A DNA stretch of 64,000 bases from Chitinophagales bacterium (GTDB taxonomy: Bacteria; Bacteroidota; Bacteroidia; Chitinophagales; CAIODY01): assembly GCA_947449695.1 (NCBI GenBank), contig CANFST010000002.1, forward strand, positions 5,427 through 69,426, read 5' to 3'. Position 1 is the stretch's first letter, and each line of letters begins with the position of its first letter. The position numbers and the translations under genes are program-made. This document shows, piece by piece, positions 51,825-62,671 of this stretch. The notes beneath the pieces are model-generated. The model was not told the origin of the DNA. It worked only from the letters and a program-made list of their open reading frames with translations, and did not search any database.

Positions 51825-52542
51825 TTATTCAATTGTAATACCGACTTATCGAGGCGCTCAAACAATTGATTTTTTGTTTCAGCAGATTAAAGTCGAAATG
51901 AAAAAGATGAATTTTACATTCGAAGTGATATTTGTTTTTGATAACGGTGATATGAATTGTTGGCAAAAAATTAATCAGTTAAAATCCCAATACCCTGATT
52001 TAATTCGTGGTGTTTTCCTTGAAAAAAATTATGGCCAACACTGTGCTAATATTAAAGGATTTGAAATGGCTAATGCAAAGTTTATTATTACAATGGATGA
52101 AGATCTGCAACATTCGCCAGCTGATTTTATTAAATTAATTAATAAACAAAAGGAAACCAAGTGCGATGTGGTTTATGGTGCTTTGCAAAATATTCAACGG
52201 AATATTTTCAGGAATCTAAGTTCAAAATCGTTCAACTTTTTTTTGGGATTTTTAATAAGCAATTTTAATTCAAACTACTCTGCATTTCGGTTGATAAAAA
52301 AAGAAATAGCAGATGAGATTTATAGAGAAAATCATTCAAAAATATTTATAGATGCCTCGATAGCAAAAAAGACTAATCTGATTGAAATAGTTGCTATTGC
52401 TCAATTACCTGATGCAACCAATAAGACATCGTATTCTTTTTCTAAATTACTGAGGCATGGTTTTAATATCATTTTCTGGAATACAAAATTTTCCTTCTTG
52501 GCTAAGAAGCCCGAAGCAATTGTTGTTAAGAAATTAATCTGA
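51817..52542 (+). CDS. Glycosyltransferase family 2 (ArnC/DPM1-like)
   Basis: SIVIPTY, NYGQH, ITMDEDLQH, DVVYG, SAFRLI. Confidence 0.85.
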   Translation: MLDYSIVIPTYRGAQTIDFLFQQIKVEMKKMNFTFEVIFVFDNGDMNCWQKINQLKSQYPDLIRGVFLEKNYGQHCANIKGFEMANAKFIITMDEDLQHSPADFIKLINKQKETKCDVVYGALQNIQRNIFRNLSSKSFNFFLGFLISNFNSNYSAFRLIKKEIADEIYRENHSKIFIDASIAKKTNLIEIVAIAQLPDATNKTSYSFSKLLRHGFNIIFWNTKFSFLAKKPEAIVVKKLI

Positions 52543-52549
52543 TTTCATA

Positions 52550-53230
52550 ATGGGAAAAAAAGTACTTTTTTTAGTATCGGGGAATGGCGGAACGTTGAAA
52601 TTTCTTTATAAAGCAATTCAAGAAATGAATTTAAGCTTTTCAATTGTAGGCGTTCTTGCTGACAGAGATTGTGGTGCATTAAACTTTGCAAAAGAAAAAA
52701 AAATTCCTTATCAAAAAATAATTTACAATTCTTATAAAACAGATGAATTAGTTCCGGCAATCAAACGTTTTCAACCCGATATCATTATAACAACATTTCA
52801 TAAAATTGTTGATTCTGTTACGTTACAAAAGTTTTCAAATATAAATTTTATAAATGTTCACTACTCATTGCTGCCAGATTTTGCAGGCATGATTGGTTTT
52901 GAGACCTTAACAAAGGCCAAAGAGTTACATAAAAAAAAAGTAGGGGTCACTGTTCATTTTGTGGACGAAAAAGTAGATGCAGGAAAAATTATTTCGCAGG
53001 CAGAAATTAAAATTGATAGTTGGCAAAATGTAGATGAAGAGAAGCTAAGGAATATCATTTTCAAATCAAGTTGTATTCTTCTGTTAGATGCTATTTTTAG
53101 TTTAGGCATCGAACATAATCAATTAAAAAAAAATGAAAACTATTTTGATGATGAATTTAAAATAAACTTTAAACCCTTATCCAATAAGGCTTTTTTAGAC
53201 TATAAAAAAATAAAATCAATCTTCAATTAA
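52550..53230 (+). CDS. Formyltransferase (PurN-like fold), probably acting on a sugar substrate
   Basis: LVSGNG, INVHYSLLP, GVTVHFVDEKVDAGKII; glycan-cluster context. Confidence 0.75.
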   Translation: MGKKVLFLVSGNGGTLKFLYKAIQEMNLSFSIVGVLADRDCGALNFAKEKKIPYQKIIYNSYKTDELVPAIKRFQPDIIITTFHKIVDSVTLQKFSNINFINVHYSLLPDFAGMIGFETLTKAKELHKKKVGVTVHFVDEKVDAGKIISQAEIKIDSWQNVDEEKLRNIIFKSSCILLLDAIFSLGIEHNQLKKNENYFDDEFKINFKPLSNKAFLDYKKIKSIFN

Positions 53231-54190
53231 CTGAAATAAAGATGCGGCATCCCCCAGCAACCAAATTAATTGAGGTGACTGAATGTAAATTTTTCTAACA
53301 GTTTGGGCGCTGAAGTAAGAAGATTTTTTCCAGTGATTTCCACCATCGGTTGTCTTCAAAAGCAGTCCATTGGTTCCAGCAATGTAACCCATAGCTTCAG
53401 ATGAAAATGCAATATCCGTAAATTGCCATGAAGCGTTAAAGGGACTATTACCATTGCGCTTTGAATTCCAATTTGCACCACCATCTGTGGTTTCTAATAA
53501 CGTACCATTATAGCCTATTACAAAACCATGTTGCTCATTAAAAAAATGAAGTGCAGTAAAATTATCTCCTTCTGCCGTTGTTAAATCCCATGTATTGCCT
53601 CCATCAGTTGTTTTCAAAACACCGCCAAAACCAACTATATAACCAGTTTTAGTATTTAACATTTGAATATTATTAATGATTCGAGAAATTTTTGCAACAT
53701 CTGTACTCCAACTAGTGCCATTAAACTTTTGGACTACACCATCAGAGTTACTGCTACCACCAACTGCAAAACCCAGATTATTATCAACAAAATATAATTT
53801 CAAAAAATCACACCCTGGACCCCAAACCTGCATGGAATCCCACTTTTTTCCATTATTCACTGAAGTTAGCACTCTGCCAATAATACCTGTTGTATAAACT
53901 TTATGATTGGGTGTTGATTTAATGCTATATAAAATCCATGGACTGACATTATCTTTTAAATGCCAAGTCAAACCACCATCAAAAGTTGATAGAATCATAC
54001 CATCTTCATACCGATTGCCACCAACAATAAATCCAGTATCAGCACTAACAAAAAGCATGTCCTCTAAATTTCGAGTAGTTAAAGTATCTACCAAAATTTC
54101 ATGAATATTTAATTGAACTGTTTTACGGCAACTACTAAAAAAAACAATTCCAATTAAACTTGACAATAAAAAAAGTTTTACAAATTTCAT
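53216..54190 (-). CDS. YCF48/BNR-repeat beta-propeller lipoprotein
   Basis: Lipobox FSSC; repeated T(T/F)DGG..W Asp-boxes. Confidence 0.85.
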   Translation of the reverse strand: MKFVKLFLLSSLIGIVFFSSCRKTVQLNIHEILVDTLTTRNLEDMLFVSADTGFIVGGNRYEDGMILSTFDGGLTWHLKDNVSPWILYSIKSTPNHKVYTTGIIGRVLTSVNNGKKWDSMQVWGPGCDFLKLYFVDNNLGFAVGGSSNSDGVVQKFNGTSWSTDVAKISRIINNIQMLNTKTGYIVGFGGVLKTTDGGNTWDLTTAEGDNFTALHFFNEQHGFVIGYNGTLLETTDGGANWNSKRNGNSPFNASWQFTDIAFSSEAMGYIAGTNGLLLKTTDGGNHWKKSSYFSAQTVRKIYIQSPQLIWLLGDAASLFQLIED

Positions 54191-55374
54191 TTTTCTATTT
54201 CATCTAATGATTGCAAAATTACATCAATCGCTTGATTCAATTCAGATTCGCTAATAATTAATGGTGGTGCAATTCGCAAACAATTATCGGCAAATAAAAA
54301 CCAATCGGTTAGCACCCCTTTTTCTTTACACTTATCCATCGCAGTTTTCATGGTTTTGAAATCTTCCATTTCAATGGCTGCCAATAAACCAAAACTTCTT
54401 ACTTCTTTAATCAGTGGATGCTTTAAGCGTTTCCGAATTATATCTTCACGATGGCAAACATTCATCAAATCATTGTTTTCTAATAAAAATTTCAAGCCAG
54501 CAAATGCCGCAGCACAACAAACAGGATTACCGCCAAATGTGGTAATATGCCCCAAAACCGGTTCGTAGCTTAACGTTTTCATAATTTTTTTATTGGCAAC
54601 AAAAGCTGCTAACGGTAATCCTGCACCGAAAGCCTTGCCTACTAAAAGCACATCGGGCAAAATTTCAAAATGTTCAAAACAAAACAATTTTCCTGTTCGC
54701 CCCATGCCAGTTTGTATTTCATCTAAAATCAAAAGAGTTCCAGTTTCATCACATCTTTTTCTTAAAGCTAATGCATAATTTTTATCCATCAACCGCACAC
54801 CATTTTCAGCTTTAACTAATTCAAAAAAAACAGCTGCAGTCTTTTCAGTTATCAATTCTAAATCCGACAAACAATTAAATCGAATAAATTTCACATCTGG
54901 CAATAAAGGCTGAAAAGCATCAGTAAAATATTTATTGTTCATTAAACTTAAAGAACCCTGTGTTGAGCCATGATAACTGTTTTCAAATGCAATAAAATCT
55001 TTTCTGCTTGTAAACCTTTTTGATAATTTCATTGCACCTTCAGTTGCTTCGGCACCTGAATTGGTAAAATAAACACAATCTAATTTTTCAGGCAACACCG
55101 ATGTAAGCAAACTTGCCAATGCTACTTGAGGCTGCTGAATATGCTCACCGTAAACCATTGTATGCATATATTGTTGTGCTTGCATTTGAATGGCTTGTAC
55201 CACTTCAGGATGACAGTGCCCTAAGGAACTAACACCAATTCCTGAAATTAAATCCATATAAACTTTGCCTGAACTATCAGTAATGTAAATACCTGCAGCA
55301 TTTTTCACTTCGAGTGCTAAAGGCATATCACTGGTTTGGGCTACATGTTGAAGAAATAAATTTCGGATAGTCAT
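54187..55374 (-). CDS. Class III PLP-dependent aminotransferase (acetylornithine aminotransferase-like)
   Basis: NSGAEATE, SYHGST, LILDEIQTGMGRTG, GKAFGAG, TTFGGNP. Confidence 0.9.
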   Translation of the reverse strand: MTIRNLFLQHVAQTSDMPLALEVKNAAGIYITDSSGKVYMDLISGIGVSSLGHCHPEVVQAIQMQAQQYMHTMVYGEHIQQPQVALASLLTSVLPEKLDCVYFTNSGAEATEGAMKLSKRFTSRKDFIAFENSYHGSTQGSLSLMNNKYFTDAFQPLLPDVKFIRFNCLSDLELITEKTAAVFFELVKAENGVRLMDKNYALALRKRCDETGTLLILDEIQTGMGRTGKLFCFEHFEILPDVLLVGKAFGAGLPLAAFVANKKIMKTLSYEPVLGHITTFGGNPVCCAAAFAGLKFLLENNDLMNVCHREDIIRKRLKHPLIKEVRSFGLLAAIEMEDFKTMKTAMDKCKEKGVLTDWFLFADNCLRIAPPLIISESELNQAIDVILQSLDEIEK

Positions 55375-55452
55375 TTTGAAAATTGTAATGCAAATTTTTG
55401 CTCTGCAATTTACACCATCGAATTGTTTTTATTATTTTGCAAAAGAAAATTC

Positions 55453-56274
55453 ATGAAACAATTTTTAATCATAGCGTTTTTATGGTGTGTATTGTGTTTT
55501 GCTTGCACACATAGCAAAAATGGTGAAAAACCTATTGCTCGTGTGTTTGACAAATACTTATACCCTGCCGATTTGGAAGGATTAATTCCTATTGGCACAT
55601 CTAAAAGTGATAGTATCTTAATTGTGAAAAATTTTATTAACGACTGGATGCAAAGACAAGTATTAGTTGCAAGTGCTGATGAAAATGTTGATGTAGATAA
55701 AAAAGAATTAGAAAAAAAAATAAATGATTACAAAGAAAGTATTTTGATTTTTGAATATGAAAATGAATTAGTCCGTCAAAAATTAGATACAGTTGTTTCT
55801 GAAAAACAAATTGATGACTTTTATAATCAACATAAAGATGATTATCTTTTACACAACGACATTATCAGAGCAAATTTTGTAAAAATCCCGAATAGCAACA
55901 TTGACTTAATGAATATTAAACGAATGATGAATGACCCATCTATCAGTACATTTCAATTAAATAATGCTTGTAAAAGAATGGAACAATTTTCATTTGATGA
56001 TAACAAATGGACTTCAGCAGAAATCTTTCCAACTATTTTACAGAATTCATTCCCTAAAACAAAAGGCTATATAGAGCAACATGACTCTTTATTTACCTAT
56101 TTAATTCAACTAAAGGAATTTTTGGCAAAAGAAAATACCGCACCTAAAAATTATGTAAAAGACCAAATTGTGAAAACAATTTTGAACCAAAGAAAAGTGA
56201 TGATGATAAAAAAAACGAGATCCGATTTGATTAACGAAACCATTCAAAAAGGAGAATTCGAGATATTAAATTAA
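55453..56274 (+). CDS. Lipoprotein resembling Bacteroidota PpiC/SurA-associated foldase-like proteins
   Basis: MKQFLII...CFAC lipobox; IARVFDKYLY, DTVVSEKQIDDFY, ILNQRK. Confidence 0.6.
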   Translation: MKQFLIIAFLWCVLCFACTHSKNGEKPIARVFDKYLYPADLEGLIPIGTSKSDSILIVKNFINDWMQRQVLVASADENVDVDKKELEKKINDYKESILIFEYENELVRQKLDTVVSEKQIDDFYNQHKDDYLLHNDIIRANFVKIPNSNIDLMNIKRMMNDPSISTFQLNNACKRMEQFSFDDNKWTSAEIFPTILQNSFPKTKGYIEQHDSLFTYLIQLKEFLAKENTAPKNYVKDQIVKTILNQRKVMMIKKTRSDLINETIQKGEFEILN

Positions 56275-56308
56275 CAGCTGTTTCATTTCGCAAAAGGTGC
56301 ATTTTTAC

Positions 56309-56316
56309 TACATTTG
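56309..56316 (+). promoter_or_regulatory. -7 promoter box TACATTTG
   Basis: TAnnTTTG about 20 nt upstream of the ATG at 56337. Confidence 0.55.
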
Positions 56317-56336
56317 CACCTCTTAAAAATTAATTA

Positions 56337-57746
56337 ATGAAGGTAATTGTAATTGGCGCTGGACCTGCTGGATTAACTGCTGCACATCAACTGGCTGAAA
56401 CTGGCAATGAAGTAAAACTATTTGAAGCTGGTAAAGAAGTGGGTGGTTTGGCTCGTAGTTTTGAATTATGGGGACAACGCGTTGATTGCGGTCCGCATCG
56501 ATTTTTTAGTAGCGACAAAATCGTGAATGATTATTTCAAAAAAATTGTTGGCGAAGATTATACCTTGGTCAATCGTTTAACTCGGATTTTTTATCGCAAT
56601 AAATTTTTCTATTACCCATTGCAAGCTATGAATGCTTTGGGTAATCTGCCTTTTACTACTGTATTTGAAATTTTATTTAGCTATGCCAAACAACGCATTT
56701 CGCCTATTAAAAATCCACAAACATTTGAAGAATGGGTAACTAACAGATTTGGCAAAAAATTATTCTCCATATTCTTCAAAAATTATTCTGAAAAATTATG
56801 GGGTATCCCGTGCAGCAAAATTGATGCTGATTGGGCGGCACAACGCATCAAGAATTTTTCTTTATTAGAAGCTGTTAAAGGCGCTCTGTTTGGTAATACG
56901 GGGAAACACAAAACATTGGTTGACCAATTCGCTTTTCCAAAAACAGGCACAGGAATGCTGTATGAACGAATTGGGGAACAATTCAAAAAAGCGAATGGTG
57001 AATTACACTTGAGTAGTCCTGTAAAAAAAGTTTTGCAGGATGAAAATGGTATAGCCACTGGCGTCGAATTAGCAAATGGAGAAACTCATTTGGCTGATCA
57101 AATAGTTAGTACAATGCCACTAACACTAATGGTGAAAAGTTTAGCTCACTCACCTTCAGATGTAAAGGCAGCTTGTGATAAATTATATTACCGTAATACT
57201 ATTTTGGTTTATGTTGAAATTAATTCATTGGATTTATTTCCGGATAATTGGATATACGTTCATAGCCCAGAAGTACAACATGGCAGAATAACTAACTTCC
57301 GAAATTGGTGTCCAAGTTTGTATGGTGATAAAAAAACAACAATTCTTTGCTTGGAATATTGGTGCTTTGATAATGATGATATTTGGAAAAAAGATGAAGT
57401 TTCGATGGGTAAATTAGCTGAAGAAGAATTGAGAATTATGAAATTGATAAAACCGACTGATAAGGTTCTAAATTCTTATTTGTTGCATATTCCAAAGTGT
57501 TACCCAGTATATGAGACTGGCTACATGAAAAACTTATCTATTGTTCAAAATTATTTAGATTCTATTAAAGGACTGATGGTAATAGGGCGATATGGCTCAT
57601 TCAAATACAACAATCAAGATCATTCCATATTAATGGGGTTATTAGCTGCTCGACAAATCAATACAGGCAAAGATCAACACTTGTGGAGTATCAACACTGA
57701 TAGTGAATATCAAGAACAAGGTGAGGTAGAATATGAAAATGAATAG
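56337..57746 (+). CDS. FAD-dependent oxidoreductase (HemY / UDP-galactopyranose mutase-like)
   Basis: GAGPAGLTAA, GGLARS, DCGPHRFF, YPVY, GRYGSFKYNNQDHS. Confidence 0.82.
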   Translation: MKVIVIGAGPAGLTAAHQLAETGNEVKLFEAGKEVGGLARSFELWGQRVDCGPHRFFSSDKIVNDYFKKIVGEDYTLVNRLTRIFYRNKFFYYPLQAMNALGNLPFTTVFEILFSYAKQRISPIKNPQTFEEWVTNRFGKKLFSIFFKNYSEKLWGIPCSKIDADWAAQRIKNFSLLEAVKGALFGNTGKHKTLVDQFAFPKTGTGMLYERIGEQFKKANGELHLSSPVKKVLQDENGIATGVELANGETHLADQIVSTMPLTLMVKSLAHSPSDVKAACDKLYYRNTILVYVEINSLDLFPDNWIYVHSPEVQHGRITNFRNWCPSLYGDKKTTILCLEYWCFDNDDIWKKDEVSMGKLAEEELRIMKLIKPTDKVLNSYLLHIPKCYPVYETGYMKNLSIVQNYLDSIKGLMVIGRYGSFKYNNQDHSILMGLLAARQINTGKDQHLWSINTDSEYQEQGEVEYENE

Positions 57747-57758
57747 TTTTTATTTTAA

Positions 57759-57896
57759 AACTTTAATTCAAATCCATTTGCTGAACCAACTCAAATTTAC
57801 AGCAAAGTTAATAATGGCTTGGGAATAGTTGGAAGCCGCAACTATCAAACATTTATGATACTAAAAAAATTAAATGGATTTATCCGAAAGCAATAA
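57759..57896 (+). pseudogene. 3' remnant of a DUF4249-family gene
   Basis: Translates NFNSNPFAEPTQIYSKVNNGLGIVGSRN..., matching the C-terminal motif of both DUF4249 proteins in the window; in-frame stop immediately upstream and no start codon before the motif. Confidence 0.65.
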
Positions 57897-57900
57897 TTCT

Positions 57901-57948
57901 AAAACCAGTTTCTAACGCACTTTGCCCTATGTTACCTGAACTGGTTTT
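57901..57948. terminator. Inverted repeat between convergent genes
   Basis: AAAACCAGTT ... AACTGGTTTT. Confidence 0.45.
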
Positions 57949-58018
57949 TAATAATGCTCTAATGAATCCCCAAAAAAAAACAAGAATTTGAATGATAATA
58001 ATCTGAATTAAATTTCAG

Positions 58019-61000
58019 TTATCTGATAAGTGTTATATCTCCTTTATAATTAAAGCCGTTATCTTCTACATCCATGCCATCAATCATGTAAATATAAGTG
58101 TCCATAGGTTGTTGAACACCATGAAAAGTACCATCCCAACCTTGGTTTACTTCAGTAGTAGAAAATACACATTGACCCCATCGATTGTAAATATTAAAAT
58201 GATTCAAAGTTTTAATACCAGCAAATATTGGCATGATTACATCATCCAAACCATCACCATTTGGCGAAAATGCATTAGGCATTAATACTATTGGATTAGG
58301 GAACACATATACTTTTACGGTATCGTAATTAAAACAACCATTTCCATCAGATATTTTTACAACATAGACCTGATCATGCTGCAATATACAAGTTGGTGTT
58401 GCTGAAGTGCTGTCAGATAACCCTGTACTTGGCATCCACAAATAATAATTGCCATTGTAGGCATTTAAAGTGGATGGAATATTTTTTACAATATTAGTGT
58501 CGTTCTGAACATATCCATTTTTATAATGGTCAACATATACAGTTACACTATCAGTTTCAGGTTTTAAACATACAGTTGTATCGACTACGGTTACAAAATA
58601 TTTAGTTGTGAGTTTTGGATATACAACTGGGTCAGGAGTATTGCTGTATAGCATATTTGTAGTTGGTGACCAACTAAAGTAGGTGCCATGAGTTGCATGC
58701 AATGTAGTTGAGAGATTGTTGCAAATTGTAATATCATCACCTGCATTTGGTGTAGCCAATACCTTGACATTTACAATGGCCGTATCAAAACGGACACAAT
58801 TACCATTTCTAATATAAATTTGATAAATTGTTTCTTGAAAAATGTTTGCTAACGGATTTGATATTGATGGATTACTTAATCCTAATGCTGGTGACCAAAT
58901 ATACAAATTTCCAAGAGCAGTTGGAGCTTTCAATTGAATAGTATCCCCAAAGCAGATTATGGTATCTTTTATAATTCCATCTGATTTAGGATTTACATTG
59001 GTAATTAAAACACTATCTCTTGCTACACATCCATCGGATGTAATGACTGATACAAAATATTTAGTTGTTTTATCAGGTGTAACTGTTGGAAATTGCAGAG
59101 TGGTGTCATCAATAGCATAATTAGGAGTCCATGCATAATTGCTGCCACCAAAGGATTGCAGACTGATTGTATCTAAATTACAAATGGAGGTATCTCTACC
59201 AGCATGAATAATTGGAATAGGATAAATCGTCACATTATGAACAATAGTATCTCTGCAACCAAAAGTATTCTGCGCTATTTGGGTTACTTGATAAGTATTT
59301 GCGGTTACATAAATATGTCGAATGATACCACTTGAACTATGCATAGAATCTCCATCACCAAAATACCAAACTGTTGGTACTAAAGCTGAAGGTCCGCCAT
59401 TGGCAGTGTTAAAGAATTCTGCTGAATCATAAACACAAACATTGATAGGAATAAAATCTGCCCGAATTCCAAATTCTACTTGTATAGTTTGATGTGAAGT
59501 ATCAGCACAACCCGTATTCGGAAACACAATTAATGTAGTTGTATAAGTACCAGCCAACTTATAAATATGTTTTGGATTTTGAATAGTATCGGTATTTTTT
59601 GATGAAGCATTTTCACCAAAATTCCACCAATAGGTTGAATTTGCCGGCGTCTTAAAATGTATTACGCTATCACAACTTAAATTAGGAACAATAATTTTTG
59701 AATGTGTTTGCGTATCAATTACAATACTATGAACAATACTATCCATGCATCCTTTGGCATCGTAGATAATTAATTTTACAAGATAACTTCCGGCTGAACT
59801 GTAAATATGTTTTGGATTTTTTAAAGCAGAAGTTGTTCCATCACCAAAATTCCATAACCATTGATTTGGTCCCTTAGGGCTTGTAGAAGAATCTGTAAAA
59901 TGTATTATATGATTAGGGCAATTGTAAGCATGAAACCAACCAAATTTTGGTACAATTGGTCCGAATACCCTTACAGTAGCATAAGCAGTATCGCTGCATG
60001 AATCTTGAGCCCCTGGATTAACTACAAACATCGCTGTATAAGTACCTGTATCTGCGTAGGTATAAGTTGGTGAAAAATGCCAACTGGTATCAAACGGAGC
60101 ATGATGATTGTCATTAAATTTCCAGAAATATCCACCGCTATAAGTTTGTGATTGAAAACCAACTGTTAAACCACTGCAAACCAATGATGGCGCAGCAATA
60201 AGTGCTTTGGGTGGTGCATACACATGAATTGGGGTGGTTACACTATCATGACAACCAACCGAATTCCAGATAATTAATTTAATATTAAAAATACCAGTAT
60301 CATTAAACTGATGAATTGGATTTTTTGCAATTGAAAAAACACTATCGTTCAGCTTCCATGTCCATTGATTAGGCATCACCTTTCCTTTTGAGGTATCAGT
60401 AAATTGCACAAAATTTCTACGACAGATATATGGTGGAGAATATTCATAGCCAACATAATATGGCGAATAAATTTTTAATGCAGCAATGGTTGCAGTATCG
60501 GTGCAAGTGCCTGTTGCGCCAGGATTTAAAATTAAAGTAATATTATAAACCCCCGAATCAGAATAATTATAAATCGGATTTTGATGCCAACTGGTATCAG
60601 TAGTAATATTAGTTACGCCAAAATCCCAACTGTATAGCTGTGCTATGCCAGTGGTACTGAACAAAACTTTATTTGAAAAACAATTCAAATACTGTGGTAC
60701 GCTAATATTAGCAATGGCTTGCGGATAAATGGTTTTAGTAATGATAAATGAATCTTTACAACCCTTCGAATTTTGCGCTACTAATTTTATTTGATAAGTG
60801 CCTGGTGTAATAAAGGTATGTGATGGATTTTGTAAATTAGAAGTAGTACCATCTCCAAAATTCCAATTCCAGCTATTCGGCATCAAAAGACCGCTTGATG
60901 AATCAGTAAATTGAACAGGCATATTGATACAAATCATTTGTGGCGAATAGCCATATTTCACTTTGAATGGTGGATATATCTGAAATGTTTTTATTGCAGT

Positions 61001-62671
61001 ATCCTGACAATGCCCACCAAAACCTAAATTAGTAATAACCTCTACTGTATAAACTCCTGAATCAGGATAAACCCAAGTTGGATTTTGTAAGTGACTGGTA
61101 TCAGCAAAGGTTGTTGGGTCACCGAAAAACCAATTATAATTAGCAGCTGAGGCCGCATTTTGAAATGTGTTGCTAAGCGATGTGCAATTCAATGCATTAT
61201 TCAAAATTGCAGCAGCAGGATATGCGGATGAAATTACTAATATTTTTTTTACTGTATCCATGCACTGCCCAGCATTTTGGATAATTTCCGTTACTGTATA
61301 GGTGCCGCCATTCAAATAGACATGCACCGGATCTTTGAGCGTTGAAGTACTACCATCGCCAAACGACCATTTATAAGTGAGTGGCAGTGGTGCGCCAGTT
61401 GTACTATCTCTAAAATAGATAGGTACACAAGTCGTCATCGCTTGCGAATAGTAGTAATAGCTGGCATTGTTGCGGTGATATACTTTTACAGTAACATGAG
61501 CTGTATCAGAACAATTACTTCCATATGCAGCAGGATTCATAACTAAAGTCGCAGTGTAAGTTCCCGTATCATGATAAACCCAAGTGGGTGCTTTCAAATG
61601 ACTTGTATCGTATCTTGAAGTATCACCAAAATTCCAATAATAAGTTGATAAAGTATTTTGAGGGGTACTCGTATTTGAAAAACTTACTTTAGTAGAACTA
61701 CTACAATTTAAAATATAATTTACACCTCCACTGCTATGGTTGGTTGGAACTGTTGCCGTAACAACAGTATTACATGCTGTAACATTAAATTGAAAATCTC
61801 TGTAAACAGAACCGATATAATTTCCATTCCGATATTCATCTACCCTTATCCCAACTACAAATCGACCAACGGTAGGCGGATTGCAAGTAAGAATACCAGT
61901 CTTCGCATCTACAGCTAAAGCAGGTGTCCCACCAATATAGTTTGTAAGAGAATATGGAGAATTCCATGTCAAAGGCGCATATCCTGCTGGTCCAGCATTA
62001 GTTCCATTGAACGGTGTATATAATGAATAAGACAATGAATCTCCATCACCATCAGTTGCTCCACATGGAAATGAAAATGGTTGATTTTGACAAATTGCTG
62101 TAGGTGGTAATTGTGTGAATACTGGACTACTATCTGCTGAATTTCCTATGCCTGGTAAAATACATTTGTAAGTTGATCCAGCCCCACCACCGCCTCCACC
62201 GCCACCTGTATTAGTAGCAAAATTCAATATCCCCGAATTCCTTGCAGCGTTTTGATAAATAACTGTATACCCACCTGCAATTGGAGGAAGAGCAACTGTG
62301 CCTGTAAAAATTGCCTCTGCAACACATAAGCCTGAAGGATAAGTAAGACAAGGGCTATAGTAATATGCTGCAACTTGGGTTCCAGAAGTTCCTCCATAAG
62401 TATTAGTTAAAGAAAGAGAAACCGGAGAGGCAGCTGTTCCTAAATTCGCATCCGTATACCCAGTTGTTTTGTAGAAGTAAATCGTCCAAGGAGATTGAAA
62501 TGTAGTGCTGGCGGTACAATCGCGATAAAGATGAAGAGTAAATTTATATTGATTATTGCCTAAATAAGCGTAGGTTAACTCACCACCAACAATATGGGAG
62601 GCGAATAAATTAGTTTTAACTGAAAACAAAATCAGCGTAAGCAGCCAATATTTTAAAAAGCTGAATTTCAA
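58019..62671 (-). CDS. Large PKD-repeat surface protein with T9SS type B (gliding-motility-associated) C-terminal domain
   Basis: ASHIVGGELTY N-terminus, many W.FGD...P.H.Y..G.Y PKD repeats, CTD PNAFSPNGDGLDD...IYNRWG...GWDG...KGDITLIR. Confidence 0.92.
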   Translation of the reverse strand: MKFSFLKYWLLTLILFSVKTNLFASHIVGGELTYAYLGNNQYKFTLHLYRDCTASTTFQSPWTIYFYKTTGYTDANLGTAASPVSLSLTNTYGGTSGTQVAAYYYSPCLTYPSGLCVAEAIFTGTVALPPIAGGYTVIYQNAARNSGILNFATNTGGGGGGGGAGSTYKCILPGIGNSADSSPVFTQLPPTAICQNQPFSFPCGATDGDGDSLSYSLYTPFNGTNAGPAGYAPLTWNSPYSLTNYIGGTPALAVDAKTGILTCNPPTVGRFVVGIRVDEYRNGNYIGSVYRDFQFNVTACNTVVTATVPTNHSSGGVNYILNCSSSTKVSFSNTSTPQNTLSTYYWNFGDTSRYDTSHLKAPTWVYHDTGTYTATLVMNPAAYGSNCSDTAHVTVKVYHRNNASYYYYSQAMTTCVPIYFRDSTTGAPLPLTYKWSFGDGSTSTLKDPVHVYLNGGTYTVTEIIQNAGQCMDTVKKILVISSAYPAAAILNNALNCTSLSNTFQNAASAANYNWFFGDPTTFADTSHLQNPTWVYPDSGVYTVEVITNLGFGGHCQDTAIKTFQIYPPFKVKYGYSPQMICINMPVQFTDSSSGLLMPNSWNWNFGDGTTSNLQNPSHTFITPGTYQIKLVAQNSKGCKDSFIITKTIYPQAIANISVPQYLNCFSNKVLFSTTGIAQLYSWDFGVTNITTDTSWHQNPIYNYSDSGVYNITLILNPGATGTCTDTATIAALKIYSPYYVGYEYSPPYICRRNFVQFTDTSKGKVMPNQWTWKLNDSVFSIAKNPIHQFNDTGIFNIKLIIWNSVGCHDSVTTPIHVYAPPKALIAAPSLVCSGLTVGFQSQTYSGGYFWKFNDNHHAPFDTSWHFSPTYTYADTGTYTAMFVVNPGAQDSCSDTAYATVRVFGPIVPKFGWFHAYNCPNHIIHFTDSSTSPKGPNQWLWNFGDGTTSALKNPKHIYSSAGSYLVKLIIYDAKGCMDSIVHSIVIDTQTHSKIIVPNLSCDSVIHFKTPANSTYWWNFGENASSKNTDTIQNPKHIYKLAGTYTTTLIVFPNTGCADTSHQTIQVEFGIRADFIPINVCVYDSAEFFNTANGGPSALVPTVWYFGDGDSMHSSSGIIRHIYVTANTYQVTQIAQNTFGCRDTIVHNVTIYPIPIIHAGRDTSICNLDTISLQSFGGSNYAWTPNYAIDDTTLQFPTVTPDKTTKYFVSVITSDGCVARDSVLITNVNPKSDGIIKDTIICFGDTIQLKAPTALGNLYIWSPALGLSNPSISNPLANIFQETIYQIYIRNGNCVRFDTAIVNVKVLATPNAGDDITICNNLSTTLHATHGTYFSWSPTTNMLYSNTPDPVVYPKLTTKYFVTVVDTTVCLKPETDSVTVYVDHYKNGYVQNDTNIVKNIPSTLNAYNGNYYLWMPSTGLSDSTSATPTCILQHDQVYVVKISDGNGCFNYDTVKVYVFPNPIVLMPNAFSPNGDGLDDVIMPIFAGIKTLNHFNIYNRWGQCVFSTTEVNQGWDGTFHGVQQPMDTYIYMIDGMDVEDNGFNYKGDITLIR

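Noticed and set aside
58019-62671. Internal repeats as a diversity-generating or novel repeat system
   Set aside because: They are ordinary divergent PKD domains; no reverse transcriptase or template/variable repeat pair seen
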